Shown: positions 1 through 13,034, counted from the first letter of the stretch. The stretch: DNA of 64,000 nt from Eledone cirrhosa (GCA_964016885.1 OZ024757.1:31186001-31250000); one strand, 5' to 3'. Notes: generated by a model not told the origin, from the sequence alone. Numbers and translations: made by a program.

Positions 1-132
1 GTATCTCTATATATATGTGTGTGTATAAATATGTGTGTATATATATGTGTGTGTATATAAATATATATATATATAATATGTATGTTTCTGAAATATATAT
101 ATATATATATATACACACACAATATATATATA

Positions 133-224
<92 letters not shown>

Positions 225-264
225 ATATATATGTTTCTGCATATATGTAAAGTGTTACGATCAA

Positions 265-358
265 ATTTTAGTTTAGAACATTTGCTGACAATTGTTTCTT
301 CCAGAGGGAAGTCTGGAAACATCGGAGCATAGGGAATGTCAAAACATGTGACTAAAAT
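265..358 (+). ncRNA. Degenerate hammerhead-like fold in an old Penelope-like terminal fragment
   Basis: Stem I ATTTTAGT/ACTAAAAT encloses a long stem II and AAAA-CATG-TG, a decayed GAAA plus palindromic stem III. The CUGANGA core is decayed. Confidence 0.35.
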
Positions 359-429
359 CCTAGTCATTCAGAACATTTAGGATACATAAGTGTTGTTAGT
401 GTCATTGATATCATATGGAGAATCAGGAG

Positions 430-473
<44 letters not shown>

Positions 474-618
474 ATATTTGTTTGTGTACACACATACACA
501 CACACACACGTGTGTGTGTTTAAAAGGCTATAAACATTCAAACTTTGAATATATAAGCACTCATTACGTGTATGTGGTGTACAATTTTATTTTCATTTTG
601 TAAGTAGAAAAGTATTGG

Positions 619-657
619 TAACTTCGAAGTTTCGACATAGTCGGTTCATCAGGCTGC
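619..657 (-). ncRNA. Hammerhead ribozyme motif (core intact, stem I poor)
   Basis: Minus strand reads gcagc-CTGATGA-accGACtatGTC-GAAA-cttcgaag-TT. Stem III is palindromic (AACTTCGAAGTT). GAGTGCT motif lies downstream at 562-556. Confidence 0.6.
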
Positions 658-724
658 ATATCCATACCTCTTTGTATATGTATCCCCGCTTCTCTTTTTC
701 GAACCTTCTTTTTCCTGTAACTTT

Positions 725-935
725 ACTCCTTTTCGATGAAGGACTAACGTTCGATACATGGAGAAAGTGTTTTTGTTTGGGGGAAAAGGTAAAACTAATA
801 AGACTTTATGTAATCGTTCTCTGTATTTGTCTTCTTTTTAATCTTGAAATACATCCATTCTGTACCATTGTATGCAGTCTTCTGTCGCCGCCAAGCCAGA
901 TCTTTGAAACCTAAGGTAGCGCAATACATGTTTAC
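725..935 (+). mobile_element. Penelope-like terminal fragment with decayed minimal hammerhead
   Basis: CGATGAaggactaacgttcGATA matches the cores at 56610-56583 and 58561-58533. Downstream gtaaaactaataa and ctgtacc...tatgc are also shared with those copies. Confidence 0.5.
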
Positions 936-1409
936 GTATGTAAACAATAAATTAGCTCTCTTGTACTAGATAGACCACTGTTTTCTTTTATCCTACTCAC
1001 TGACATTTTTGTTACACCCTCACACTCACTCTCACGCAGATACTGACAGACAGACACCGACAGACAGACACGCATTTGTTTCTCTTCTGAAAACAAAGTA
1101 CACAAGTTCAATCCCATGTATTTCTATCGATCTACACGGGGAAATATTGATTTTTATTTTTTTTATTTCATTTAATTGTATTTTATTTTCGTTTTTTATT
1201 TTAATTCCTTTTTTCTTTCTTTTTTTTATTTTTCTTTTTTCTTTTTCTTTTTCTTTTTTTTGGGGGGACGGGGGGATGAAGGTTTTGGGGGAGGACGAAG
1301 GGGAATTATCTTTTTCTTAAAGGTAGTTGTTTCCTTGATCTTGTGTAAATCAATCACTTTAATGAAGTTGAAACTTCGATCCCTTCACTAAACTAAACTT
1401 TGGTATCCA

Positions 1410-2085
1410 ACACTGAGCTGTTGTTGTTGGTGTTGATGGTGGTGCTGTTGTGGTTGATGTTGTTGCGGTTGTGGTTGATGTTGGTGATGTTGTTGTTGTT
1501 GTGCTTGCTGTTGTTGTGCTTGCTGTTGTTGCTATTGGTTATTGCTGTTGCTGTTGCTGCTATTGGTTATTGTTGTTGCTGTTGCTGCTATTGTTGTTGT
1601 AGCTATTGTTGATGTTGTTGTGGTTGTTGTAGCTATTGTTGATGTTGTTGATGTGGTTGTTGTTGTGCTTGCTGTTGTTGCTATTGGTTATTGTTGTTGC
1701 TGTTGATGTTGTTGTGGTTGTTATAACTATTGTTGATGTTGTTGTTGTGGTTGTTGCTGTTGTTGCTGTAGTTGATGTTGCTGTTGTTGTAGTTGATGTT
1801 GATGTTGCTGTTGTTGATGTTATTGTAGCTATTGTTGATGTTGTTGTTGTTGTGCTTAATATTGTAGTTGTTGATGTTATTGATGATGTTGTTGCTCTTG
1901 TAGTTGTTGGTGTTGATGATGATGATGTTGCTGCTGCTGCTGTTCTTGTTTTTGTTGTTGTTGCGGTTGTTGTTGTTGTTGTTGTCGTCGTCGTTGTCGT
2001 TGTTGTTGTTGTTTCAGCCGTTGCTGTTGTTGTTCTTAATTATGTAGAGTGTTGTTGTTGTTGTTTCTGCTGCAGTTGTTGTTCT
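1410..2085. repeat. (GTT/GCT/GAT)n degenerate trinucleotide tract
   Basis: Direct inspection. Confidence 0.95.
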
Positions 2086-2204
2086 TGGATGTTTCGATTA
2101 TAAAATCGATAGCCATTTTTTTATAGAAAATGTTATCTGTCCAGCCACCAAACAGACCAACACTTTGACAAAATCATTTCCTTTGACCCTACACACCACC
2201 CCGC

Positions 2205-2562
2205 CTCGCTCTCTCTCCCCTCTCCCCCCTCTCTCCCTCCTTCTCCTCCTCTCTCTCCCTCCTTCTCCCCCTCTCTCTTCCTCTCTCTCTCCCTCCCTCT
2301 CTCTCCCCCTCCCTCTCTCTCCTCGCTTAATCTCGATCTCTCTTTATCTCTTCTATTCTCTCTCCCTATCTCTTTATCATACTCTCTCTTCTACTCTATC
2401 TCTTCTACTCCCCCTCTCTTTCTATCTTCTTCTCTCTCTATATATATATATCTTCTACAGACTCTCTCGATCTCTTCTACTCCTCCTCTCTCTTTATCAT
2501 ACTCTGTCTCTCTCTATTTATATCTCTCTATCTTGCCAACTCTTTCTTTCTTTATCATATTT

Positions 2563-2597
<35 letters not shown>

Positions 2598-2855
2598 CCT
2601 GCTCTCTCTCATTCTCCCTGCCACACACTCTCTCTTTCTCTCGTCAATTCTCTCTCTGTCTTTGTTTACCTCTCTATCCAACTCTCTCTCTCTCTAATTC
2701 TTTCTCTACCCAAATCTCTTCCTCTCCTACATGTCCCATCTCTCTCCCCCTCCCCTCACTCCCACTTCCCCATCCCATCTCCCTCCCTCCTCTCTCTCCC
2801 TCCCTCCTCTCTCCCCCGCCTCTCCCTCCTCTCCCCACATCTCCCCCTCTCTCAG
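2205..2855. repeat. (CT)n-rich polypyrimidine tract
   Basis: Direct inspection. Confidence 0.95.
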
Positions 2856-3259
2856 TGATTTAAATCAAAAGACTGTCAAACAAATGAGAAAATTTGTCGA
2901 TAGGAACTAAAAATCTTTGATGAGTCTTTTAAGTAACGAGAAAACAAATTGGTGGGTAGGGTGTGTGGTGGGCGGGGCGTGTGGTGGGTAGGGTGTGTGG
3001 TGAGTATGGTATGTGGTGGATAGGGTGGGGATAAGGAGCAGGGTGTCTTACAGTCACCAATATTAACTACTATATACATCAATATTAACTACTACAGCCA
3101 TTAATACTAACTACTTCATCCACCAATACGAACACCTATAATTATTACCACTACTACTACTACCACCACTACCACTGCTGCTGCTGCTACTACTACTGCT
3201 GCTTTTGCTACTACTACCATTATTGTTCTCACTATATATCAATTTCAGATAGTTTATCT

Positions 3260-3601
3260 ACTTCTTCTTCACCCACTTATTCCTGAGAGGGTCGTGGGGG
3301 AAAAGTCCTCAACCACTCCTTTCAGTGGGTCCTGTCAGAAGCAACCGTCTCCAACTGATACGGTTGGATCCCCAAGCATGATCAGCCAAGCTCATGGATG
3401 TTATCCAGCCATCTTGCTCGGGGTCTACCCTTGGGTCTCCTACCTGTTGGTTTTGCTCGTAAAAATCTGTCCAGCAATTCTTTCCTGAGACATTCTAACC
3501 ACATGCCCATAGTATCGGAGCTGTGATCTCTCAATTAGGCGAAGTCCCGGTTCTACCTGGAGTGACTCACTGATCTCCGAGCTACGCACTTTATCGAGTA
3601 A
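3260..3601 (-). mobile_element. RTE-clade LINE 3' fragment (decayed)
   Basis: Minus strand translates LLDKVRSSEISESLQVEPGLRLIERSQLRYYGHVVRM, then after a frameshift GRRPKGRPRARWLDNI...DR. This is the typical post-RT region of RTE elements. It ends in a short (GAA)n tail. Confidence 0.85.
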
Positions 3602-3605
3602 CATT

Positions 3606-3720
3606 AGTTCAAATCCCGCCGAGGTTAACTTTGCCTTTCATCCTCACGGGGTCGATAAAATAAAGTACCAGTAATGCACTGGGTAATTTCTGGCCTTGTG
3701 CCAATAGTAGAAACAATTAC
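3606..3720 (+). mobile_element. SINE family 1, 5'-truncated
   Basis: B box GTTCAAATCC and core gcctttcatcc...ggggtcgataaaataaagtaccag, shared with more than 20 copies in the window. Confidence 0.9.
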
Positions 3721-3726
3721 TCCATA

Positions 3727-3762
<36 letters not shown>

Positions 3763-3933
3763 TATTGGGCATCCATACTTCTCTAAGAATAAACATTTCT
3801 CTTTAGTATTATTCTCACTGAATGACAATTTCAAGTAGTTTATTATAACCACAATATATATACACACTGTTGGGCCTCCATACTTCCTTAACTATAACTA
3901 TTTAACAATTTCAAGTATGTTATAACCACAATA

Positions 3934-4140
3934 TTGGCAGTATCGGTAGAGGGTCGGACGCCTTGCTTTGCAACAAAGAGTTACGGCCCTTTATGATCTG
4001 AGTTCAAATCCCGCCGAGGTTAACCTTGCCTTTCATCCTTACGGAGTCGATGAAATAAAGTACCAGTCACGCATTGGGGTCGATTTAATCGACTTTCCCC
4101 TCCCACAAAATTGCTGGCCTTGTGCCTATACAAGAAACCA
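3934..4140 (+). mobile_element. SINE family 1 (tRNA-derived, Meta-domain-like core), near full length
   Basis: A box TGGCAGTATCGG, B box GTTCAAATCC and the conserved central core. The Meta-domain resemblance is from memory. Confidence 0.9.
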
Positions 4141-4291
4141 ATATATATATATACACATTATTGGGCATCCATACTTAACTATAAACATTTAACAATTTCA
4201 AGTATGTTATAACCACAATATATACACACTATTGGGCTTCCATACTTCCTTAACTATAAACATTCCTCTTTTTTTAATACTATTCTCATTG

Positions 4292-4375
4292 TATTAGGTC
4301 TTTAAGTATGAAATGTCCGATTCCATAATGTACTTTCAAATTCAAATCGGACATTTTATACTTAATAACCTGATA
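4292..4375. mobile_element. Tc1/mariner-type MITE
   Basis: About 31-bp TIRs (tattaggtctttaagtatgaaatgtccgatt / aatcggacattttatacttaataacctgata) with TA ends. They resemble mariner ITRs (TCAGGT...AAGTATGAAATGTC). Confidence 0.75.
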
Positions 4376-4399
4376 TAACAGTCTAGAAAAGAAATATTA

Positions 4400-4482
4400 T
4401 ATTTTGGGTCAAGTATGAAATTTGTAGAAATTTGTTTTTTTTCCTACAAATTTCTACAAATTTCATACTTGACTACCCAATA
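4400..4482. mobile_element. Second mariner-type MITE
   Basis: Inverted arms gtcaagtatgaaatttgtagaaatttgt / acaaatttctacaaatttcatacttgac. TA ends and the same AAGTATGAAAT core as its neighbour. Confidence 0.7.
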
Positions 4483-4668
4483 TTTAGCATGCAGGGTCCC
4501 TGGGAGAATCCATTTAAATAAAAGGGGCTCTTTGTAAGGGCAAAGCTTGTGAACCACTATATTAGAACCACTAAAATCTACCCCCCCCCCAACCACCCCC
4601 TAAAAAGCCTTGTTGCTATGCAACATTTATAATATGTATCTCTTTCCCTTCTATGTATATATATATAT

Positions 4669-4912
4669 ATATTGTTATACTTTGGGAGGGTCATGTTGCC
4701 AATAAGAAACACACGCACCAGTGGCTTTCACTTCAATTTATTATAATAAATTTATAAATTCCTAAATTTATAAATTTATTATAATAAATTGAAGTGAAAG
4801 CAACTGGTGCGTGTGTTTCTTATTGGCAACATGACCCTCCCAAAGTATAACAATATCGGTTTCAACACACGTTTTCAGATAGAGAATCTTGCTAAACAAA
4901 TTCAGAAACGAA
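4669..4912 (+). mobile_element. Asymmetric hairpin element inserted in (TA)n (Penelope-like terminus)
   Basis: 92-bp inverted arms (4669-4760 / 4765-4856) plus a ~56-nt unpaired tail. The 3' part is homologous to 28057-28138 (atgaccctccc..aagtataacaatatc..tttc.acacacg). Confidence 0.7.
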
Positions 4913-5219
4913 ATATATATATATAACTTTATTCTATTACATTAAATGATTTGGTTTTCTCCCCCTTAGGTCACTCAGGATATGACATATTGAATCCAAC
5001 GGGGTTACTGTACTTAAAAACCCAATAAATTTCTAAAGAAAGTAACCCCCAAAAACAAAAATAATAAAAAAAACAAAAAAAACCCTCTATTCTCTATTAT
5101 AATATATATAATAAAAAAAACTAATCTAATATATTTTAAAATTAAACTATTGCATATCGCCATTTTTTTTTCTCCGTATAAGCTGCATTCCTTGTTCAGT
5201 TCCAATATGTTTGTATGTT

Positions 5220-6720
5220 TTTGGTGGTAGTAGTAGTTGTAGTGGTGGTGGTGGTGGTGGGGGGGGGGGGGTTAGTAGTAGTTGTGGTGGTAGTAGTAGT
5301 TGTGGTGGTAGTAGTGGTGGTGGTGGTGGTGGTGGTGGTAGTTGTGGTGGTAGTAGTGGTAGTTGTAGTAGTGGTAGTTGTAGTGGTGGTGGGGGTAGTT
5401 GTGGTGGTGGTGGGGGTAGTAGTAGTTGTGATGGTGGTAGTAGTAGTTGTAGTAGTTGTGATGGTGGTAGTAGTAGTTGTGGTAGTAGTGGTGGTGGTCG
5501 TCGCAGTTGTGGTGGTGGTAGTGAAGGTAGTAGTAGTAGTTGTGGTGGTGTTAGTAGTAGTTATAGTAATAGTAGTTGTGGTGGTGGTGAAGGTAGTAGT
5601 TGTGGTGATGGTAATAGTAGTCGTAATAGTTGTGGTGGTGGTGGTACTAGAAGTGATAGTGGTAGTAGTGGTAGTAGTAGTTGTGGTGCTGGTGGTAGTA
5701 TTTGGTGGTGGTAGTAGTAGTGGTTGTAGTATTAGTAGTTGTGGTGGTTGTGATTGTAGTAGTAGTAGTGGTGGTGGTGGTGGTTTTAATAATAGTTGTT
5801 GCAATTGGAGTTATTGTAGTAGTAGTAGTAGTGGTGGTGGTAGTTGTAGTAGTAGTGGTAATAATAGTTGTTGGAGTTATTGTAGTAGTAGTGGTAGTAG
5901 TAGGAGGAGCAGGAAGTGATGGTGTTAATATTAGCAGTTGTTGCTGTAATTGTGGTAATCGTTGTTGTTGTTGTAGTTGTTGTTGCTGTTGTTGTTGCTG
6001 TTGTTGTTGTTGTTGTTGTTGGCTGTCGTTGCTGTTGTTGTTGTTGCTGCTGTTGTTGCTGCTGTCGTTGTTACTTGGCTGTTGTTGCTGTCGTTGTTGT
6101 TGCTGTTTTTGTTGCTGCTGTCGTTGTTGTTGCTGCTGTCGTTGTTGTTACTGTCGTTGTTGTTGTTATTGTCGTTGTTGTTACTGTTGTTGTTGTTGTT
6201 ACTTGGCTGTTGTTGCTGTCGTTGTTGTTGCTGTTTTTGTTGCTGCTGTCGTTGTTGTTGCTATTGTTGTTGTTGCTGTCGTTGTTGTTGCTATTGTTGT
6301 TGTTGCTGTCGTTGTTGTTGCTATTGTTGTTGTTACTTGGCTGTTGTTGCTGTTGTTGCTGTTGTCATTGTATGGACGTTGTTGTTGTTGTCGTTGTTGC
6401 TATGATTGTTGTTGTTGCTGTATGGTCGTTGTTGGTGTTGTCATCGTCGCTGCTGTTGCTGTCGTTGTTGTGCTGTTGTTGTTGTCATCGTCGCTGCTGT
6501 TGCTGTTGTTTTAGCTGTTGCTGTTGTCATTGTGTGGTTGTTGCTGTTGTCATTGTATATCGTTGCTGTTGTCATTGTATATCGTTGCTGTTGTTGCTGT
6601 TGTCATTGTATATCGTTGCTGCTGTTATTGTTGTTATCATTGTATGGTCGCTGCTGTTGTTGTTGTTGTCATTGTATGGTCGCTGCTGTGGTTGTTGCTA
6701 TGATTGTTGTTGTTGTATGT
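5220..6720. repeat. Compound (GGT/AGT)n then (GTT/GCT)n tract
   Basis: Direct inspection. Confidence 0.95.
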
Positions 6721-6879
6721 CATTGTATGTCCTCTTAGAATTCCTATTCCCGTACAAGTCACCAAGCGGATATCAAACCAACTGCAATATAAACCAACAT
6801 TTTAAAAGAAAAATATCAAAAGAAAACATTTATTTATGTAATATTATTGTTGCTGTTGTTATTGTTGTTACGATTGAGG

Positions 6880-7165
6880 GCGATTTTATCGATTTACCCG
6901 ACCCCAAAATTACTGGCCTTGTGCCTATATAAGAAACCATTATTAGGCGGTGGATTGGCAGTATCGGTAGAGGATCAGGCGCCATGCTTTACAGCAGAGA
7001 GTTACGTCCCTTTATGGTCAGTTCAAATCCCACCGAGGTTAACTTTGCCTTTCATCCTTACGGGAGTCGATAAAATAAAGTACCTGTAATGCACTGGTGT
7101 CGATTTAATCGACTTTCCCCTCCCCCAAATTACTGGCCTTGTGCCTATATAAGAAACCATTATTA
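6880..7165 (+). mobile_element. SINE family 1, tandem copies
   Basis: A 3' tail fragment followed by a full copy with A and B boxes starting at ~6946. Confidence 0.9.
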
Positions 7166-7512
7166 TTGATATTATTGTTGTTGTTGTTATTGTTGTTGTT
7201 ATTGTTGTTATTGTTGGTGTTATTGTTGTTATTGTTGTTGTTATTGATATTATTGTTGTTGTTATTGTTGGTGTTATTGTTGTTATTGTTGTTGTTATTG
7301 TTATTATTGTTGGTGTTATTGTTGTTATTGTTGTTGTTATTGTTATTATTGTTGGTGTTATTGTTGTTATTGTTGTTGTTATTATTGTTGGTGTTATTGT
7401 TGTTATACTTGATTATATTCTTGTTCTAAAATTAATTATTCGTTTCATTCATTTCATTCATTGGACAGCAACCAGGATGTTGGTCTATTCTATCACACAC
7501 ACAGACACACGC

Positions 7513-7610
<98 letters not shown>

Positions 7611-7921
7611 TTTTTTGCCTCGTTTGTTAACGTTCAAATCTCTGTTCCGAAATAGATTTCCAACTTGATTTTCGCCTTGTAAATAACTTCAGGGCAGTGT
7701 TTAAGAATCTTGTGAACCCATTGAACCAGTAGTATCGTCAGTAGGGGACGAAACCATGTTTATCCATATCGACAGCTGAAGATCAAGGATGTCTTGTTCT
7801 TTTACCCATTATGTATCGTCTGTACGCCATCATGACCCCTGTTTGTACATATCTGTGCTTATGTCAGATTTTAATTGTATTTGCTGACAATTTTGCTAGC
7901 CCCCCCCCCCCCCACACACAC

Positions 7922-7978
<57 letters not shown>

Positions 7979-8058
7979 CAACAGTGACATAAGTCTATGG
8001 ACTGAGTGCTCTCACTCTTGGATATTTGCACTTAACATTTACTTCAGTATATATATGT

Positions 8059-8260
8059 GATGTGTTGGTGTAAATGGTAGCACAGTGGTCTGGATAACCA
8101 AAGATGTGGGTTCGACTCCCATGTACGTCAATACTCATCTTTTCCCATTTATCTGAGGGTTCTAAACCCCATTATCAGGCTAAAATTTCTTTAGTCGAAA
8201 AATACGGTGAAAGCTATTCTATTTTCTAATTTCAAACCTGCTCACTGTTTCAAAACATAC
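8059..8260 (+). mobile_element. tRNA-headed SINE-like element (family 3)
   Basis: 8059-8130 folds as a cloverleaf (A box TGGTGTAAATGG, T loop TTCGACT, GGA at the anticodon position, short variable loop). The body recurs on the minus strand at 60485-60595. Confidence 0.7.
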
Positions 8261-8312
<52 letters not shown>

Positions 8313-8736
8313 GAATACACACACATATATATACATGCATATGTATATATATATTTATATAGATGAATAGACACACACACACACATAGATATATATACAT
8401 ATATATTTATATAGATGAATAGACACACACACACACATAGATATATATACATATATATTTATATAGATGAATAGACACACACACACACATAGATATACAT
8501 GCATACATATATATATATATATGTGTGGTTGTGTGTGTAATACTTGAGAGATCTAGAGTAAAGGAAATAAGGGGAGGGGGATGCACGTCTAGCAATATAT
8601 ACCTGTCTGCCTATATATAGGCCTATATATAGGCATGTGTGTATATGTGCTATTGTTACTGCAGTATATCATCAATGTCAATAAAATCTACTTTATTCAA
8701 TAAAACACAGATTTAATATATACATACAGATATATA

Positions 8737-8787
<51 letters not shown>

Positions 8788-8823
8788 CACGTGTGTGTAT
8801 GCGTGGAGAGTGAATGAGTGTAT

Positions 8824-8886
<63 letters not shown>

Positions 8887-9087
8887 TATATATACACACA
8901 CACATATACATTCATGTGTCTATATATACATATATATGTATGCGCATATGCATGTATATACTTACATATATACGCACATATAAATATATATACACCTATA
9001 TACACGTATACATATATGCATATATATATATATTATATATATATAAGTTTAAGCGATATATAATTGAATACATATATAAGCATATAT

Positions 9088-9119
<32 letters not shown>

Positions 9120-9225
9120 GTATATATGTATATATATATATATATGTGTGTGTACATATATATATATATATACATACATATATATATATATACATACATA
9201 TATATATATATATATATACATATAT

Positions 9226-9256
<31 letters not shown>

Positions 9257-9263
9257 CATATAT

Positions 9264-9306
<43 letters not shown>

Positions 9307-9351
9307 TATACATACATATATATATATATATATACATATATATACATATAT

Positions 9352-9382
<31 letters not shown>

Positions 9383-9405
9383 CATATATATACATACATA
9401 TATAT

Positions 9406-9448
<43 letters not shown>

Positions 9449-9501
9449 TATACATATATATATATATAGATATATATAGATATACATATATATATATACA
9501 T

Positions 9502-9545
<44 letters not shown>

Positions 9546-9547
9546 CA

Positions 9548-9578
<31 letters not shown>

Positions 9579-9580
9579 CA

Positions 9581-9611
<31 letters not shown>

Positions 9612-9617
9612 CATACA

Positions 9618-9648
<31 letters not shown>

Positions 9649-9815
9649 CATACAATATATATATACATACAATATATATATATATTTACATACATATACA
9701 TATATAATATATATATATATATATATACATACATATACATATATACACACACACAAGATATGAAGCCAGCCTATATAAGAGAGACTAGAGCAGTCAATAC
9801 AGGGTTGCTACAGTT

Positions 9816-9949
9816 TAATGCATCATAATCAATAGCCAGGAGGCAATTAGGCTACAATTTGTTTTGTGAAATTGTGCCACAGTTACAAATTGCACAGGTT
9901 CACAATACAATTTGTAGCCTAATCGGCCTTTCAGCTATTGACTGCATTA
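9816..9949. repeat. Diverged inverted repeat
   Basis: taatgca..tcaatagc..aggc.attaggctacaa.ttgt.ttgtgaa..tgtgc mirrored around a ~14-nt spacer. Confidence 0.65.
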
Positions 9950-9969
9950 TTACATATATACACACATAA

Positions 9970-10062
<93 letters not shown>

Positions 10063-10254
10063 TACGTACAAATATTTGTGTGCGTAGATGTATATTTATG
10101 TATATGTTTATATGTGAAGGCGTGTGGCTGAGTGGTTAGAGAATTGGATACGCCCTCGTCAGATAAAATACATGAATTGTTGTATGACATACCTCAACGG
10201 TCTTGATGGTTCAATTCCAGTATTGGCAGTTCAATGGTTCAATTCCAGTATTGG

Positions 10255-10359
<105 letters not shown>

Positions 10360-10444
10360 TGTTACTAGTTCATACCAATAAGACTATTACTTAACTTAGT
10401 ACTCTACACTTATGAAAAGTAGAATGTAAATATAATTATAAGAA

Positions 10445-10549
10445 TGTTTAGCCCTACGGTTAAGCTTATACCGTTTCAATAGCAAATGAGAAATTAATTT
10501 ATTATCGTTTGCTATCTTAACGGTAAAAGCTTAACCGTCGGGCAAAGAA
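10445..10549. repeat. MITE-like hairpin
   Basis: gccctacggttaagcttataccgtt / aacggtaaaagcttaaccgtcgggc, plus inner atagcaaa / tttgctat. Confidence 0.7.
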
Positions 10550-10653
10550 TCCACACACATACATAAACAAACACATATACAGACACACACAGACACTCAC
10601 ATATACACACAGAGTTATACTATGTTTCTACATATGTTTATTTACAGTATATA

Positions 10654-10942
10654 GTTACGTCCCTTTACGGCCTGAGTTTAAATCCAGCCGAGGTTAACTT
10701 TGCCTTTCATCCTTAAGGGGTCGATAAAATAAAGTACCAGTAATGTATTGGGTAATTGCTGGCATTGTGCCAAAAGTAGAAACAATTATTATCATATTAT
10801 TCGATGGTTTTCTGCCTATATAAGAAACCATTATTATTCGAGATCGATAAAATAAAGTACCAGTAATGCACTGCGGCCGTTTTAATCGAATTTCCCCTCC
10901 CGCAAAATTGCCGGCCTTGTGCCTAAACCAGAAACCATTACT
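10654..10942 (+). mobile_element. SINE family 1 cluster
   Basis: Core and tail repeats. Confidence 0.9.
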
Positions 10943-10967
10943 ACTACTACTACTACTACAACTACTA

Positions 10968-11660
10968 CTGGTTCGAGATAAACTCTACAGGCACGGAAGT
11001 ACTGTCAGACGGACCTGCCCGATATGCACGGCACGCACACTCGTCCAGTGTCCGTGCATTACTGACTTGTGGAGTTATGTCGAACAGCTGTTGTCGCGTG
11101 TTGAACGGATCCGGCTATCGGCCGAGTCCATAGTGAAGATCGAACCGCCGCCGCCTTTTGGCCAAGAAGAGCAGGCAATTTTCTTTTGTCTGGTGGCAGT
11201 AGCGAAAGAGGTTGTATGGTGGACCTGATTGAAAGGACTGAAGACAGACTCTTTTCTCTTCGACCAATCCCCCCATCAACATTTTCAAGTTTTACTTGGA
11301 AAGGAAGGTGAGGGTGGAGAGAGAAGTGCTCCCCCCCAGTACATTTGCTGAAAGGTGGGTGAACGTGGCGAGAATGGCCCGTGTGAGTGGGCCCCAACTC
11401 TGATCATACACCTGTAGGCTGGTGAATTTGAGGAGGAGAGGGGTACCCTTCCCGGGTTGCCCTCGAATCGTCGGGTCGTTCAGTATTGGTGGGGTACCTG
11501 GGTGGTCATCCCCCGTATTGGGGAATTTTCTTCTTGTATTTTTGATTGTTATTTTGTTATTGTTATTTATATTGTTTATATGTAAACCTCCACTGTCCTT
11601 GACTTTTGTATTGTCCCCTATATGTCGGCCCCTGTGGCCAATAAATTAAACTATTATTAT
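10968..11660 (+). mobile_element. L1/Tx1-like LINE 3' end (ORF2 C-terminus and 3' UTR)
   Basis: VRDKLYRHG..CPIC..LVQCP.ITDLWSYVEQLLSR resembles the L1/Tx1 ORF2 zinc-knuckle region with a deletion. Contains a stop and a frameshift. AATAAA and a (TAT)n tail follow. Confidence 0.8.
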
Positions 11661-11668
11661 TCGATCGC

Positions 11669-11951
11669 TTTGTGCCTATATAAGAAACCAAGTATCGGTA
11701 GAGGGTTGGACGCCATGCTTTCCAGCATAGTTACGTCCCTTTACAATCTGAGTTCAAATCCTTCCGAGGTTAACTTTGCCTTTCATCCTTACGGGGTCGA
11801 TAAAATAAAGTACCAGTAATGCACTGGGTAATTGCTGGCCTTGTGCCTAAAGTAGAAACAATTATTAAAAATAAAGTACCAGTAATGCACTGGTGTCATT
11901 TTAATCGCCCCCCTGTCCCCTCAAATTGCTGGCCTTGTGCATAAACCAGAA

Positions 11952-11955
<4 letters not shown>
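11669..11955 (+). mobile_element. SINE family 1 cluster
   Basis: Core and tail repeats. Confidence 0.9.
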
Positions 11956-12031
<76 letters not shown>

Positions 12032-12310
12032 CACTACTACTACAACTACTACTACTACTACTACTACCACTACTACTACTACTACCACTACTACTACTAC
12101 CACTACTACTACTACTACCACTACCACTGCTACTACTACTACCACTACTACTACTACTACTAATAGTAGTAATGGTTGTAGTAGTAGTGGTAGTAGTAGT
12201 AGTAGTTGTAGTAGTAGTGGTAGTAGTAATGGTTGTAGTAGTAGTGGTAGTAGTAGTAGTGGTAGTGGTAGTTGTAGTTGTAGTAGTAGTGGTAGTAGTG
12301 GTAGTTGTAT
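11955..12310. repeat. (CTA)n tract abutting its complement (TAG)n
   Basis: Strand switch at ~12162 (ctactactaatagtagt). Confidence 0.95.
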
Positions 12311-13002
12311 CTCAGGTCCTTCAGTGTGTCTCAAACATTATCGGAATTTCACTAGTTTCAAATTCGATCTGTTTTAAAACAGTGATATATTTCCTTTCGT
12401 CAGCTATCTCTCTCTCTTTCCCATCCCTCTCTTAACTCCCTCTCTCTCTCATCTCTCTCTCTCTCATCTCCCTCTCTCTTATCTTTCTCTCTCTTATCTC
12501 TCTCTTTCATCTCTCTCTCTCTTATCTCTCTCTTTCATCTCTCTCTCTCTCTCTCCCATCCCTCTCTTATCTCTCTCTCTCTCTCCCATCCCTCTCTTAT
12601 CTCTCTCTCTCTCCCATCCCTCTCTTATCTCTCTCTCTCTCTCCCATCCCTCTCTTATCTCTCTCTCTCTTCCATCCCTCTCTTATCTCTCCCACTCTCT
12701 CTTTCTCTCTCCTTATCGTTCTCTCTCTCCTCCATCTCTCGCTCTCTCTATTGCTTTCACTCTTACTCTCTCTCTCTTTCTGTCTATCTCGTTATATCTC
12801 TCTCTCTCTCGAATTCACCTTGCCCTATCGCTCTCTCTCTCTATATATATCGCTTTCTCTCTCCCTCTCAAATCCCTTTTTCTCCCACCTCTCTCTCACC
12901 CCCCCCCCATTCTCACCCTCTCTCTTTCCTGATTTATGTTCTACTCAGAGAAGTTGTCAGCTGACAAGATATTTATATCTTGCATTATCATCGACGGGGT
13001 CG

Positions 13003-13034
<32 letters not shown>

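Noticed and set aside
4970-5029. Terminal exon after ttttctcccccttag
   Set aside because: Acceptor-like site and AATAAA only. The peptide is unrecognisable and such signals are common in AT-rich DNA.
8059-8130. Functional tRNA-Ser(GGA) gene
   Set aside because: No long variable arm, multiple G.U pairs and a mismatch, and it is attached to a repeated body.
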